This document shows positions 48,504-57,173 of a DNA stretch of 59,631 nucleotides, piece after piece. How positions within the stretch are numbered: the stretch's first letter is position 1; every line of letters begins with the position of its first letter. The translations under genes and the position numbers were made by a program. This stretch comes from a virus (taxonomy: Duplodnaviria > Heunggongvirae > Uroviricota > Caudoviricetes): positions 1 through 59,631 of the IMG/VR virus record IMGVR_UViG_3300042991_000725. One strand, 5' to 3'. The notes beneath the pieces were generated by a model. The model made no database searches. It had not been told where the DNA came from and worked only from the letters and a program-made list of their open reading frames with translations.

Positions 48504-49272
48504 GAAATTGCTGTATCCGATAGAGCGATACATAGATAATACGTGGCTCAAGCTTGATGATACAGGATTTGAAGAGTGGGTTGATAAATCTATTGGCATT
48601 AAGTTCAATAGTCTGTGTGTTAGGCCAGACAAGGTTGCCTTTGTGGCAAAGAAAATGAAGGACAATATAATAAAGAATGAACCGCATGCTACAAGCTTGT
48701 GCTCCTGTGTATGCACCGTCATTAATTTCCCGACTGAACCTATAAAAACTTCATCCGATGTCGGCAAAGACATTCAGTCTGGATTAGATGAACTTGGCAA
48801 AGTTATACAGAGTTTCCAATCATGCGACGATATTGTCGGTATTAAAATTGATTATGTGGCACGGATTGACAATTTGTTGAGTGGGAATTTTAAGGCATAT
48901 CATGAAGAAATCTCTCAATTCGCCGACCGTTGTATCGGCCTGTCGAATATTTGTGACATTGAATCTCGCGTTATTATTGAAAGCTCATTTATCAAAGATC
49001 TTAATCTTATGCTTGTTGCAGCAGGTATTTTGAAAGTCTCAAAGATCGATATGCTTAAAAGCAATACCGGATATGTTTCGCAAGACATTATAAAAGAAGA
49101 TAAGCTCGCCAAATATAAACAGTTGATTAATTGCAGGATAGATATGCCCATTAAGGTAGCTGGTGGTATCTCTATCATTGAAGACGCAATCGCCCTTATT
49201 GACGTTGGTGTTGATATTATTGGCACTAGCAAGGGGTTGGAGATTGTTGATGCCTACAAAAAGCAAAGTTAA
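48496..49272 (+). CDS. deoC: Deoxyribose-phosphate aldolase
   Basis: VINFP, RVIIES, Schiff-base Lys in LKSNTG, IKVAGGI, IGTS. Confidence 0.88.
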   Translation: MPKKLLYPIERYIDNTWLKLDDTGFEEWVDKSIGIKFNSLCVRPDKVAFVAKKMKDNIIKNEPHATSLCSCVCTVINFPTEPIKTSSDVGKDIQSGLDELGKVIQSFQSCDDIVGIKIDYVARIDNLLSGNFKAYHEEISQFADRCIGLSNICDIESRVIIESSFIKDLNLMLVAAGILKVSKIDMLKSNTGYVSQDIIKEDKLAKYKQLINCRIDMPIKVAGGISIIEDAIALIDVGVDIIGTSKGLEIVDAYKKQS

Positions 49273-49365
49273 ACCGTTGTCGGTTAATGACATATTTAAT
49301 TGGTTTCCGTGGCTAACGACAAGTCAGGCTAAAGATTTTTTGAAGAAAATAAAGAAGAGACAGAT

Positions 49366-49578
49366 ATGACTAATCCAAATTGCGACAGGGTCGAAAATGC
49401 TATGCTTATAGCGGTTTGTATATCTATTGCCGTATCTATTTTTCTAGCTATAGCAGTGACTAGATTTTTTGTTAATGAAGCATGGCGTAATGAATTAGTT
49501 GGAAAGAATGTTGCAGAATACAATCACACTACTGGAGAATTTAAATTTATTATAGAAAAGAAGGGAGCTGGAAAATGA
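49366..49578 (+). CDS. Small membrane protein
   Basis: Single TM helix; ends KKGAGK at conserved junction. Confidence 0.65.
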   Translation: MTNPNCDRVENAMLIAVCISIAVSIFLAIAVTRFFVNEAWRNELVGKNVAEYNHTTGEFKFIIEKKGAGK

Positions 49579-49919
49579 GCGGGATACCCGACATGCTAGC
49601 GGAAGACATGCTAAAAGAGATTGACCGGCAACGTGCAGAAATCTCCCGTCTCAAGGAGGAGTCGGAGAACAAGGACGATTTGCGGCTGTGGTCGGAGGAA
49701 GCAATCCTTGAGTTTCTGGAACGTAGAGCGAAAGAGTGCGACAGGAGAGATTTATGCAGTTGCACTCCAACTGAACTATCTTATTGCGCCACGAGAAAAG
49801 CCGTGGCAGAACTCAAGACCAAGTTATTGGAACATGTCCGGCTTAAGGGGGAGTTGGAGAAGGTGAAGGCAGAGTTTTCCGCATATCGTGAGATGGTGGA
49901 GGAAGAAATCGAACCATAA
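49575..49919 (+). CDS. Accessory coiled-coil protein
   Basis: Starts at junction motif; EISRLKEE and VRLKGELEK. Confidence 0.65.
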   Translation: MSGIPDMLAEDMLKEIDRQRAEISRLKEESENKDDLRLWSEEAILEFLERRAKECDRRDLCSCTPTELSYCATRKAVAELKTKLLEHVRLKGELEKVKAEFSAYREMVEEEIEP

Positions 49920-49931
49920 GGAGGCCGGAAA

Positions 49932-50216
49932 ATGAACGAATGTCAATGTGGACCCGCGTGTCATGAAAATGGAAAGTGTCCTATCGCAGAGGCTCAGGAT
50001 GAAGTCTCCCGCCTCAAGGCAGAGTTGGAATATGAGATCGAGCGAAATGTTAATAATGTTTGGATGGCCGATATGGAGATTGCTCGTCTCACGACGGAGT
50101 TGGAAAAGGCGATTGGATACCTCCGTGAAGGCAAGAGAAAATTTGCACCAACCACAACAAATAGCGAGGTAGATTGTTTTCTCGTAAAATACGAAAAGAA
50201 GGGAGTTGGAAAATGA
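49932..50216 (+). CDS. Accessory coiled-coil protein
   Basis: Junction motifs at both ends; EVSRLKAELE, EIARLTTELEK. Confidence 0.65.
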   Translation: MNECQCGPACHENGKCPIAEAQDEVSRLKAELEYEIERNVNNVWMADMEIARLTTELEKAIGYLREGKRKFAPTTTNSEVDCFLVKYEKKGVGK

Positions 50217-50278
50217 ACTTTACTGAAATTGTTCCGCACTTACAGGAGCGCGGGTTCGCTATGTGAAGGCATTACTCA

Positions 50279-50719
50279 ATGAAATTAAACGCTAACAAAG
50301 AGTTACACTGGCTTTGGAAATCAAATAAAGACCTTTCCATGCCAATTGTAGTTGAAAAACATGCCCTTAATGTGAGCGGATATTATCGCCATCCGCAACC
50401 AGAAGAACGTATTTATGATGACCTAGACTTTGTTGTTCCCAAAAACACCGGGGTTATTGTTGTTGATTTCGATGATTTAGACAATGCTAAAAGCGCTTTG
50501 GCCCATGAATTCAGACATCACTGGCAGATGTACAACCATATAAATCTTTGCTCGACTGGATGGGCCTATGTTTATAATCTTACAAACAACTATGAAGAAT
50601 CAATAAGGAGGTTCTTTTATAGCTGCGACTTCGAGATGGATGCTTACAAGTACACATGCGAGGTCGCGTCAAGCGAACTGACCGACTATTGGGCAGGTTT
50701 GTTAGAGATGAGAATATAG
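50279..50719 (+). CDS. HExxH (zincin-like) protein
   Basis: LAHEFRHHWQ...EMDAY. Confidence 0.7.
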   Translation: MKLNANKELHWLWKSNKDLSMPIVVEKHALNVSGYYRHPQPEERIYDDLDFVVPKNTGVIVVDFDDLDNAKSALAHEFRHHWQMYNHINLCSTGWAYVYNLTNNYEESIRRFFYSCDFEMDAYKYTCEVASSELTDYWAGLLEMRI

Positions 50720-51045
50720 AAAGGTGTTGTTATGTTGCAGGAACAAAACAAATTTATGATTTTATGGTCGAACAGAAACAAATAATTCTTTTGAGGCTTA
50801 TGGAAATGCAATGCCGACTAGGACCATCAAATTGTCGTTCTTGTGAATTTAGAAGTGAATGCGATATTTATATTGAAATAAAAAATTGTCACAAAATTCT
50901 TAATAAATGGAACAAAAGTTCAGATAGTTGGGATTTATATAGTCGCGTTTCTCTTCTTGTGAGTTGTCATCTGAAACTGTCAGAAACGGCTGGAAATTTG
51001 ATAGCTGCGAATATAAAAAAACAAAAGGAGGATACCCGTGGCTAA
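50656..51045 (+). CDS. Hypothetical protein (true start probably further downstream)
   Basis: ORF with CRSC..C motif. Confidence 0.4.
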   Translation: MRGRVKRTDRLLGRFVRDENIERCCYVAGTKQIYDFMVEQKQIILLRLMEMQCRLGPSNCRSCEFRSECDIYIEIKNCHKILNKWNKSSDSWDLYSRVSLLVSCHLKLSETAGNLIAANIKKQKEDTRG

Positions 51046-51292
51046 AGGTGGAGCAGACTATGAGAAATTCAAGAATGGCGAAAAATTGTCTATGCGTCAA
51101 GCTATCCGCGCACATTGTTTCCAGTGTATGGGATTTTATGGCGACGGAGTCTTTGATTGCAAGAATGTCAAGAGTTGCCCACTTTATCCATTCATGCCAT
51201 ATAACGAGAGCAGGGTAAGGAAGGTTAGGGTGATGAGTGATGAAGCTAAGGCGCAGTTTGTAGAGCGCGTACAAGCGGCTAGGAGGGAATAG
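51038..51292 (+). CDS. Small Cys-rich phage protein
   Basis: AIRAHCFQC.G...C....CPLYPF. Confidence 0.65.
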   Translation: MAKGGADYEKFKNGEKLSMRQAIRAHCFQCMGFYGDGVFDCKNVKSCPLYPFMPYNESRVRKVRVMSDEAKAQFVERVQAARRE

Positions 51293-51296
51293 TGTC

Positions 51297-51782
51297 ATGG
51301 ACGTATACAAGAGGTATGCCAACAGAGACAGGGACTTCCCTAAGCGTCGTGGGCACTGTAGGTACTGCGGCAAGTATGCAAGGCTTGTGTATTGTTCGCC
51401 CAAGTGTAAGATGGAGGTTGACATTAGGTGTGGGTGGTATGCGGATGACTACATATTTAAGAGGGATAAAGGAGTGTGTCATAGATGCGGGTTGGACACG
51501 CTTGCTGTGAGTGCAGAGTTACACAGATTAAATAGAGTGCAAAAAACGCCTTCTTGGCTATCCACCTATACAACATGGAGCGATTTTATTGTCAGTGGAG
51601 GATTCCCAAGGCTATGGCATGAGAAGCTATGGAGGGGCCATCATATCAAACCGATTTATTTAGGTGGCGGATGTTGCGGGATTGAAAACTACGAAACGTT
51701 GTGTTGGCTATGTCATAACAAGGAGCATGAGAGCAGAGAAAATCAGAAAGGGATGGGTGTGGCTAAAGGAGGACTAAAATGA
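51297..51782 (+). CDS. HNH endonuclease
   Basis: RDKGVC..CG, HHIKP...GGG....N..TLC..CH..EH. Confidence 0.88.
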   Translation: MDVYKRYANRDRDFPKRRGHCRYCGKYARLVYCSPKCKMEVDIRCGWYADDYIFKRDKGVCHRCGLDTLAVSAELHRLNRVQKTPSWLSTYTTWSDFIVSGGFPRLWHEKLWRGHHIKPIYLGGGCCGIENYETLCWLCHNKEHESRENQKGMGVAKGGLK

Positions 51783-52282
51783 TTTATGGAAATGATTTAG
51801 TTAAGTCGGTTGTAATTTACCTATCTGGTGCCATCGAGTCTGTAAGTGATGGTGGAACGGAATGGAGGCGTATTCTAAGGCCCATGTTAGAAGAAAAGGG
51901 GTATATTGTAATTGACCCAACAGACAAAGTCGTCCATGGTCTTATTCATGAAGATAAAAACAAGCTTTGCCAACTAAAGGTTTCGGATAAATGGGAAGAG
52001 TTCCATTCTATTATGAGAGAGATTGTTAAATGGGATTTGAGAGGGGTTGACAAGAGCGATATTGTTTTTGTTTATTTGCCTTCACCTACTACTCATATTA
52101 TAGGCACATGGCACGAGTGTGTTCTTGGATCAATTGAACGCAAGAAGATTTATCTTGTTCTTGGTAGTGGCAAAGTTGCAGACTTGAATAGCTGGCTACT
52201 TTACATCGTAGGCTACAAAAACATCTATAGTAATTTCGAAGATGCCATACATGCAATAGGCGTTGACTTCCCACAAGCCTAA
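51779..52282 (+). CDS. Nucleoside 2-deoxyribosyltransferase-like protein
   Basis: IYLSGAI, WR, IDP, DLR.VDKSD, GT..E. Confidence 0.82.
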   Translation: MIYGNDLVKSVVIYLSGAIESVSDGGTEWRRILRPMLEEKGYIVIDPTDKVVHGLIHEDKNKLCQLKVSDKWEEFHSIMREIVKWDLRGVDKSDIVFVYLPSPTTHIIGTWHECVLGSIERKKIYLVLGSGKVADLNSWLLYIVGYKNIYSNFEDAIHAIGVDFPQA

Positions 52283-52332
52283 AGCCTTGCCAAAACGGTG
52301 TATATATTATTATATCTCAAAGGAGGGGGTTT

Positions 52333-52818
52333 ATGAGCACTATACTCGTATCTTTCGTTACTTTTATCTTAATTATTGGCGTATATGTATGTTATGTAGA
52401 ATCACATGGAAATTCTGATAACAGTGTAATAAATCCAGAAAAAGAAGCTAAACAAATAAAAAAATGGTTTGAGCTGATTTACGGTCAATCATTTTTCTCT
52501 TCTTATGGAGATTATTACGGTTCTCCTAAAAGCGGTCACAAAATAATGGGCCAATTCAAGGGCAATACAAGCATCATTTATCTGCAGAACGCTTATCGCA
52601 ATGGATCTGCAATCATTGTGGCTAGAATAAAGGGTGTGTATAACAAAGATTACAAAGAAATGGTTAGTTTGGGCCATGGTATTATAAACGACATTGCGTA
52701 CTTTGACGATGCCTTACCGATAACCACTGTCAAGAGCACTCCTACAAGGGCTGCAATTCAATTAACTATAAACAATATGCCGTTTAGAATCGAAGTTAAC
52801 GTGGGCAAGCGACACTAG
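52333..52818 (+). CDS. Signal-anchored hypothetical protein
   Basis: SD AGGAGG; N-terminal hydrophobic helix. Confidence 0.7.
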   Translation: MSTILVSFVTFILIIGVYVCYVESHGNSDNSVINPEKEAKQIKKWFELIYGQSFFSSYGDYYGSPKSGHKIMGQFKGNTSIIYLQNAYRNGSAIIVARIKGVYNKDYKEMVSLGHGIINDIAYFDDALPITTVKSTPTRAAIQLTINNMPFRIEVNVGKRH

Positions 52819-53341
52819 GGCCAAGATTCATTCTGCCAAGGGAATCTTGGTATCTTTTTAACATTATTTTGGCATATGCGTCAGCTTGCCATTCTACATT
52901 TCTACCTGTTATCTGCCCTGTTTTCCTGAAATAATGAAACAATTCGTGCATCACTATAAACACAATCCCTTCTGCCATAGTATTTAATGTCAAATTGTCG
53001 GTCGTTTCAAGCCAACACTTGCCGCCAATCACGTGCTCCTTCGAGTCTCTAAACAGCTTGATTATGGCGTTTCGTTCGTCTTCCTTGTAATATATAGGGG
53101 CATTTTTAATCGCAAATTCCATTGGATAAGGCCCTGGAACCTGACAAGAGATTCGGTAGGATTTTCGTTGTCTGGTCGGATAGTGGCATCGGCCATAGAT
53201 CCCACCTAATTTGCCCCTGCCTAAACTGATATTTATATATTCTATTTTGTCCAAATCTTCACCCATAACCTCTGTCATTATCCAAGAGGTAGCAATAATA
53301 GACTCTTCATCTTTTATGCGCTTGTCGATTTTCCATTTCAT
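52796..53341 (-). CDS. SprT-like HExxH metalloprotein
   Basis: YGRC...; VMHELFHY...E..AD.YA. Confidence 0.7.
   Translation of the reverse strand: MKWKIDKRIKDEESIIATSWIMTEVMGEDLDKIEYINISLGRGKLGGIYGRCHYPTRQRKSYRISCQVPGPYPMEFAIKNAPIYYKEDERNAIIKLFRDSKEHVIGGKCWLETTDNLTLNTMAEGIVFIVMHELFHYFRKTGQITGRNVEWQADAYAKIMLKRYQDSLGRMNLGPSVACPR
52821..52860 (+). terminator. Candidate intrinsic terminator ending the + strand block
   Basis: CCAAGATTC/GAATCTTGG 9-bp stem, 12-nt loop, then TATCTTTTTA, 2 nt after the last + strand stop. Confidence 0.5.
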
Positions 53342-53429
53342 TTTTTTTGCCTTCTTGTAATTGGGACAAGGAATACAATAGCTCCTTTAAATACATAGTC
53401 CATCAACTATATCGAGACAACTTAACCTC

Positions 53430-53720
53430 TTATACCACAACACCTTGCACATACTCGGCCAACCATTCGTCGTACTTCGCCAGTGCACTCGTCCCGAGGG
53501 GTTCCCTCATAGGGGCCCGGATGAGAGCCTTGTATTCGTTCAGACGTGCGGTATTCCACAGGATGAATCCAAGCATACATACTCCGAGGTAGTCCTTCTT
53601 ATCCCTCTCCATCATCTCGTCCGGAGTACATCCGTGGGCCTTGGCATAAAGAATATACCTTGGGTTGTCGTATCCCGGCATGGCCTTCCTCCTATCCAAT
53701 AGTTTTTGTTGCGAAGTCAA
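53430..53720 (-). CDS. Hypothetical protein
   Basis: ORF; higher GC than flanks. Confidence 0.55.
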   Translation of the reverse strand: MTSQQKLLDRRKAMPGYDNPRYILYAKAHGCTPDEMMERDKKDYLGVCMLGFILWNTARLNEYKALIRAPMREPLGTSALAKYDEWLAEYVQGVVV

Positions 53721-53800
53721 TCCAATCCCATAATTGACCTCTTTCTAAATTGTACCAAAAACTAACAATAGCTTTTGGCACGGGTTAGAGAACTCTCGCT

Positions 53801-53980
53801 TCACTCTGGTCCCTTGGGAGTCAAAACAAAATCCGGGACCACTCCATGCTCGTCGTAATAATTCAACAGTTTCAAAAACAGCGATTCGCGTTCTTTCCCC
53901 GCTTGAGGGCACGCCAGAATAGCCGCATCCAATTTCATATCGATTGCATGCCGGAGGCTGTCAGGAACAATTGCTATCAT
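53801..53980 (-). CDS. Small accessory protein
   Basis: ATG inside junction motif. Confidence 0.55.
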   Translation of the reverse strand: MIAIVPDSLRHAIDMKLDAAILACPQAGKERESLFLKLLNYYDEHGVVPDFVLTPKGPE

Positions 53981-54483
53981 TTTCCACCCTCCTTCCACCG
54001 GCCGACCAGTCTCCGGTCACACCCCCATAAAATTTCAATTTTCCCATCTCTTTCTAAAAGTCGCATTGCGTCGGCATAGGACGAGCGCCCGTTGGAATCC
54101 AATTTGTCCCCGCAGAGGCACGCTTTATTTATTGTTTTGATCAATGCCTCCTGATACTTTTCCAATTCCAATTTGAGCCGGGCAATCTCGTTTTCCAAAT
54201 CAGAAACACACCTGCAATTACTTACAGATTCACATATTTCGATCATTTTTTTTGTTTCCTTTTCGATTTTTCGTTTTGGGTGACAAGCGGAGTCGCACCC
54301 GCGCCAGGCCAAAACCTCCTTGGTTGCGATACCAATGGCCAAGATAAAATTACAAATCAACTTGGCGAGAATAAAGTCTGGAATGTTACATTCGCTTTCA
54401 ATGCCGTTCCGGTTTATTAGTTCCATCAGCCCATTTTCAAACCTCGCCAGTTTGGGAACTATCGAAATCTCTTTTTCTCTCAT
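53977..54483 (-). CDS. Accessory protein with EIARLKLELEK module
   Basis: Junction motifs at both ends. Confidence 0.65.
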   Translation of the reverse strand: MREKEISIVPKLARFENGLMELINRNGIESECNIPDFILAKLICNFILAIGIATKEVLAWRGCDSACHPKRKIEKETKKMIEICESVSNCRCVSDLENEIARLKLELEKYQEALIKTINKACLCGDKLDSNGRSSYADAMRLLERDGKIEILWGCDRRLVGRWKEGGK

Positions 54484-54632
54484 TTCCCGGCCTCCTTATT
54501 TTCCAATTCTTCTTCCAGGTCAGCAACGCGACTTTGTAAAACGCACAATGGGCACTCTAGATATATTCCGTCCTGTCGTTCAAGACGAATTACAATGCAA
54601 TCCACGTATTCACATGTCAGCATGTCACTCAT
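54480..54632 (-). CDS. Small accessory protein (50 aa, ends KEAGK)
   Basis: Manual translation MSDMLTCEYVDC...ELENKEAGK; junction motifs at both ends. Confidence 0.6.
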   Translation of the reverse strand: MSDMLTCEYVDCIVIRLERQDGIYLECPLCVLQSRVADLEEELENKEAGK

Positions 54633-54781
54633 TTTCCGGTCTCCTTGTCAATAATTTTTTGGACAAATTCACAACATTTTAATTCCTTCACTGTCCACTT
54701 TGTCCTGTCAGTTTGATTAAGAGCCAGTTCAAGAAGCTGAATAAACTCTTTAGTAAGATTATTAGGTATTGTAATTTTCAT
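54629..54781 (-). CDS. Small accessory protein (50 aa, ends KETGK)
   Basis: Manual translation MKITIPNNL...IIDKETGK. Confidence 0.55.
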   Translation of the reverse strand: MKITIPNNLTKEFIQLLELALNQTDRTKWTVKELKCCEFVQKIIDKETGK

Positions 54782-55002
54782 ACAGAACCCTCCTTTTTGC
54801 ATTTTTGAAGAATCTGATAACCATCACAGTCAGGATCATTAGCATTGTTAGTTTCAGACCATGCATCCCAAACATCTCCGAGCAGCCTTCTTAATCGTAC
54901 AATATCTTTCTCAAGTTTATTCCTTTCACCTTTTACACGGAACAACTCTCCTTCTAAATGAATTATCTCTTGATTCTGACTTATAATAGACGGTTTTTTC
55001 AT
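54778..55002 (-). CDS. Small coiled-coil accessory protein
   Basis: ORF with SD GGAGG. Confidence 0.55.
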   Translation of the reverse strand: MKKPSIISQNQEIIHLEGELFRVKGERNKLEKDIVRLRRLLGDVWDAWSETNNANDPDCDGYQILQKCKKEGSV

Positions 55003-55041
55003 TTATTTATCCTCCTACCAAGCTGAAAGACATCATGTTTT

Positions 55042-55320
55042 TCATCTGTAGTTATTTTTTCTCCTCTCCCATTCATCACATCTACCATAAGGTTCTACGC
55101 TCCGACAATAGTGCCAATCAAGCCAAGCTTGTGTGCCTTTCCCTTTCTTATGAGACCTCACACCTTTCCACCATTCTTCGTTAAGAGCGCAAACCGATTT
55201 CATAGTAAATCCCACAATACAATATCCTTCCCAAGTCTCAGGATTCCATGGTTCAAAACACTTAGTGCAATTATGACAACCATCCTGACAACAATAAGAT
55301 TTGGGTAAAATTTCATTCAT
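55042..55320 (-). CDS. Cys/Trp-rich accessory protein
   Basis: CCQDGCHNCTKC...YGRCDEW. Confidence 0.55.
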   Translation of the reverse strand: MNEILPKSYCCQDGCHNCTKCFEPWNPETWEGYCIVGFTMKSVCALNEEWWKGVRSHKKGKGTQAWLDWHYCRSVEPYGRCDEWERRKNNYR

Positions 55321-55438
55321 TATATCACCCACGAGAAACATCCCCATGAATTCCCCGCGGCTGACTCATACTGCGACCACCAGAACGGAAACACCCATAT
55401 GGTGCATCCGAGAAGATGAAACTTGATATTCCAATTTC

Positions 55439-55639
55439 TCATTTCCCGACCTCCTTATTAAAGAGTTGCATTTTAAGATAATTCACTTCTGTTTTTCACC
55501 TACGTTTCCAGTAACGACTTTCTCCTTTCTCCTCCTCCAACTCCTCTTTGAGTCCCTCAATCTCCAACTTAAGTTCGCAAGTGTGGCACATGCGTGCAAG
55601 ATTTCCGTGCTGACACTCATTGCTCTTCTTCTCGCTCAT
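55439..55639 (-). pseudogene. Accessory cassette gene with in-frame TGA at 55498-55496
   Basis: MSEKKSNECQHG...RYWKRR*KTEVNYLKMQLFNKEVGK*; frame continues past the TGA to the typical KExGK junction. Confidence 0.45.
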
Positions 55640-56172
55640 TTCCCGCCCCCTTTATGATTAATTTCAATATTGATTTGTTGTAAAATATCATCAATTATTT
55701 TTTTCGTTTTTCTGAATCCGATCTTGTGTTTTTTCGCTATATATTCCAATGCGCGTTTATGATGAAATCTATCCACGAAAATATTGTGATAAGACTCTGG
55801 GACTGAACTAAGCACTGTTTTGATAGACATACTGGTTTCTGTTTCTGTCATTATCACCAACGGAGTCCTGTAGTCAATTTTTACGGTTCTGTCATTTTGT
55901 AGCTCTATATTTAAATTGTTGTTACTGTTTTCTTTATACGCCTCTTGCAACATTTTATTCTTTGCGGCTTTGTACAAATAACCCGCAAATGATTTATTGG
56001 CTTTTAACTTTGATGTATTGTATTTGCTGACAACTTCCAATACACCAACACTAACGAGGTCATCTATAATCTGATATCTGACTCCAAAACTTACCGCGCA
56101 TCCTATTATCCCCGGCTTCAGTTTTTCTAAAATAGATAACAAGTCGTTATCAATTGTTTGTGTCGGACACAT
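55636..56172 (-). CDS. Sigma-70 (ECF-like) RNA polymerase sigma factor
   Basis: Region 2-like DDLVSVG...KY....SFAGYLY...KN.ML; region 4-like HTH LEYIAKKHKIG. Confidence 0.75.
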   Translation of the reverse strand: MCPTQTIDNDLLSILEKLKPGIIGCAVSFGVRYQIIDDLVSVGVLEVVSKYNTSKLKANKSFAGYLYKAAKNKMLQEAYKENSNNNLNIELQNDRTVKIDYRTPLVIMTETETSMSIKTVLSSVPESYHNIFVDRFHHKRALEYIAKKHKIGFRKTKKIIDDILQQINIEINHKGGGK

Positions 56173-57169
56173 TATCTTCGCTCCTTCTGTGATCTATGGT
56201 CCCTATCGGCAGTATATTTAATTGCATAGAGTTGTTGGTTTTAATAAGCATATAGCGTTTACCATTCAATGTAAGCTGCCTCCCTCTGCTACCTATACAG
56301 AGAAGACCACGACGAATAAGGAATGGCTCAACATTTTCTAATATTTCTTTTCTACTTACATTAGTATAGGCTGATATTGTGTTGATGGACGCACCCACAG
56401 CCGACTCGTTAAGATATTCAAGAATCTTATATTCGCAGTGCCTAAGTCCGTCGTCATTGTATCCCATGGAATCTAATATATTTTTTGTTTCAACTATGCC
56501 TACCATTTCATACTTCAATGCGGCCGCACTTGTTTCTATAAAATCGTACCATTGATTGAGTTGTCTCGGATTGCGAGTTATTGTCGCCAGCAATTCCATT
56601 GCGCCATCTGTTAAAATTCCGTTTTTGTCGATAAGTTTTATCATCTTCTTATAATCATTTACTGTATAATCTTCAAGCTTTATTTCTATGAGTCTACTGA
56701 TAATCGGCTGAGGTATTTTGTTAGGATCGGTTGTTGCAAATATAACTGTTAAAAATTTTGTAGGCATAAACTCTTTAACAATCTCGCCATCGAAATTCGT
56801 AATTAAAATATACGGATATTCGAAGAAAGATAACATGCCGTCATAAATTTGTTTCGGAAGTGCATGAGCTTCTTCCATAAAAACCACATTATACTTATTT
56901 TCATCATAATTGACAAGAATGCGTCTAAAATCATCTATAGAATTAATCGCCGTACAATTGACATACATATATTTGGCATCAAGCTCATTGGATATAATTT
57001 CGGCTAAAGTCGTTTTACCTGTTCCGGCTGGACCTGTCAGCAACATGGACTTTAACGGCTTCTTTGTCTCTTCAAAACAATCAACCATGCGCCGTATCGC
57101 GGTCTTTGCTCTCTCGTTACCTATAAACTCTTCAAGCTTCGTCGGTCTATATGCCATGAGCACCTCCAC
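56150..57169 (-). CDS. ruvB: Holliday junction branch-migration ATPase RuvB
   Basis: RPTKLEEFIG, LLTGPAGTGKTTLA, FMEEAHAL, ATT, SRL, RNPR, VEPFLI..G......RGR. Confidence 0.92.
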   Translation of the reverse strand: MEVLMAYRPTKLEEFIGNERAKTAIRRMVDCFEETKKPLKSMLLTGPAGTGKTTLAEIISNELDAKYMYVNCTAINSIDDFRRILVNYDENKYNVVFMEEAHALPKQIYDGMLSFFEYPYILITNFDGEIVKEFMPTKFLTVIFATTDPNKIPQPIISRLIEIKLEDYTVNDYKKMIKLIDKNGILTDGAMELLATITRNPRQLNQWYDFIETSAAALKYEMVGIVETKNILDSMGYNDDGLRHCEYKILEYLNESAVGASINTISAYTNVSRKEILENVEPFLIRRGLLCIGSRGRQLTLNGKRYMLIKTNNSMQLNILPIGTIDHRRSEDNVSDTNN

Positions 57170-57173
57170 AAAG

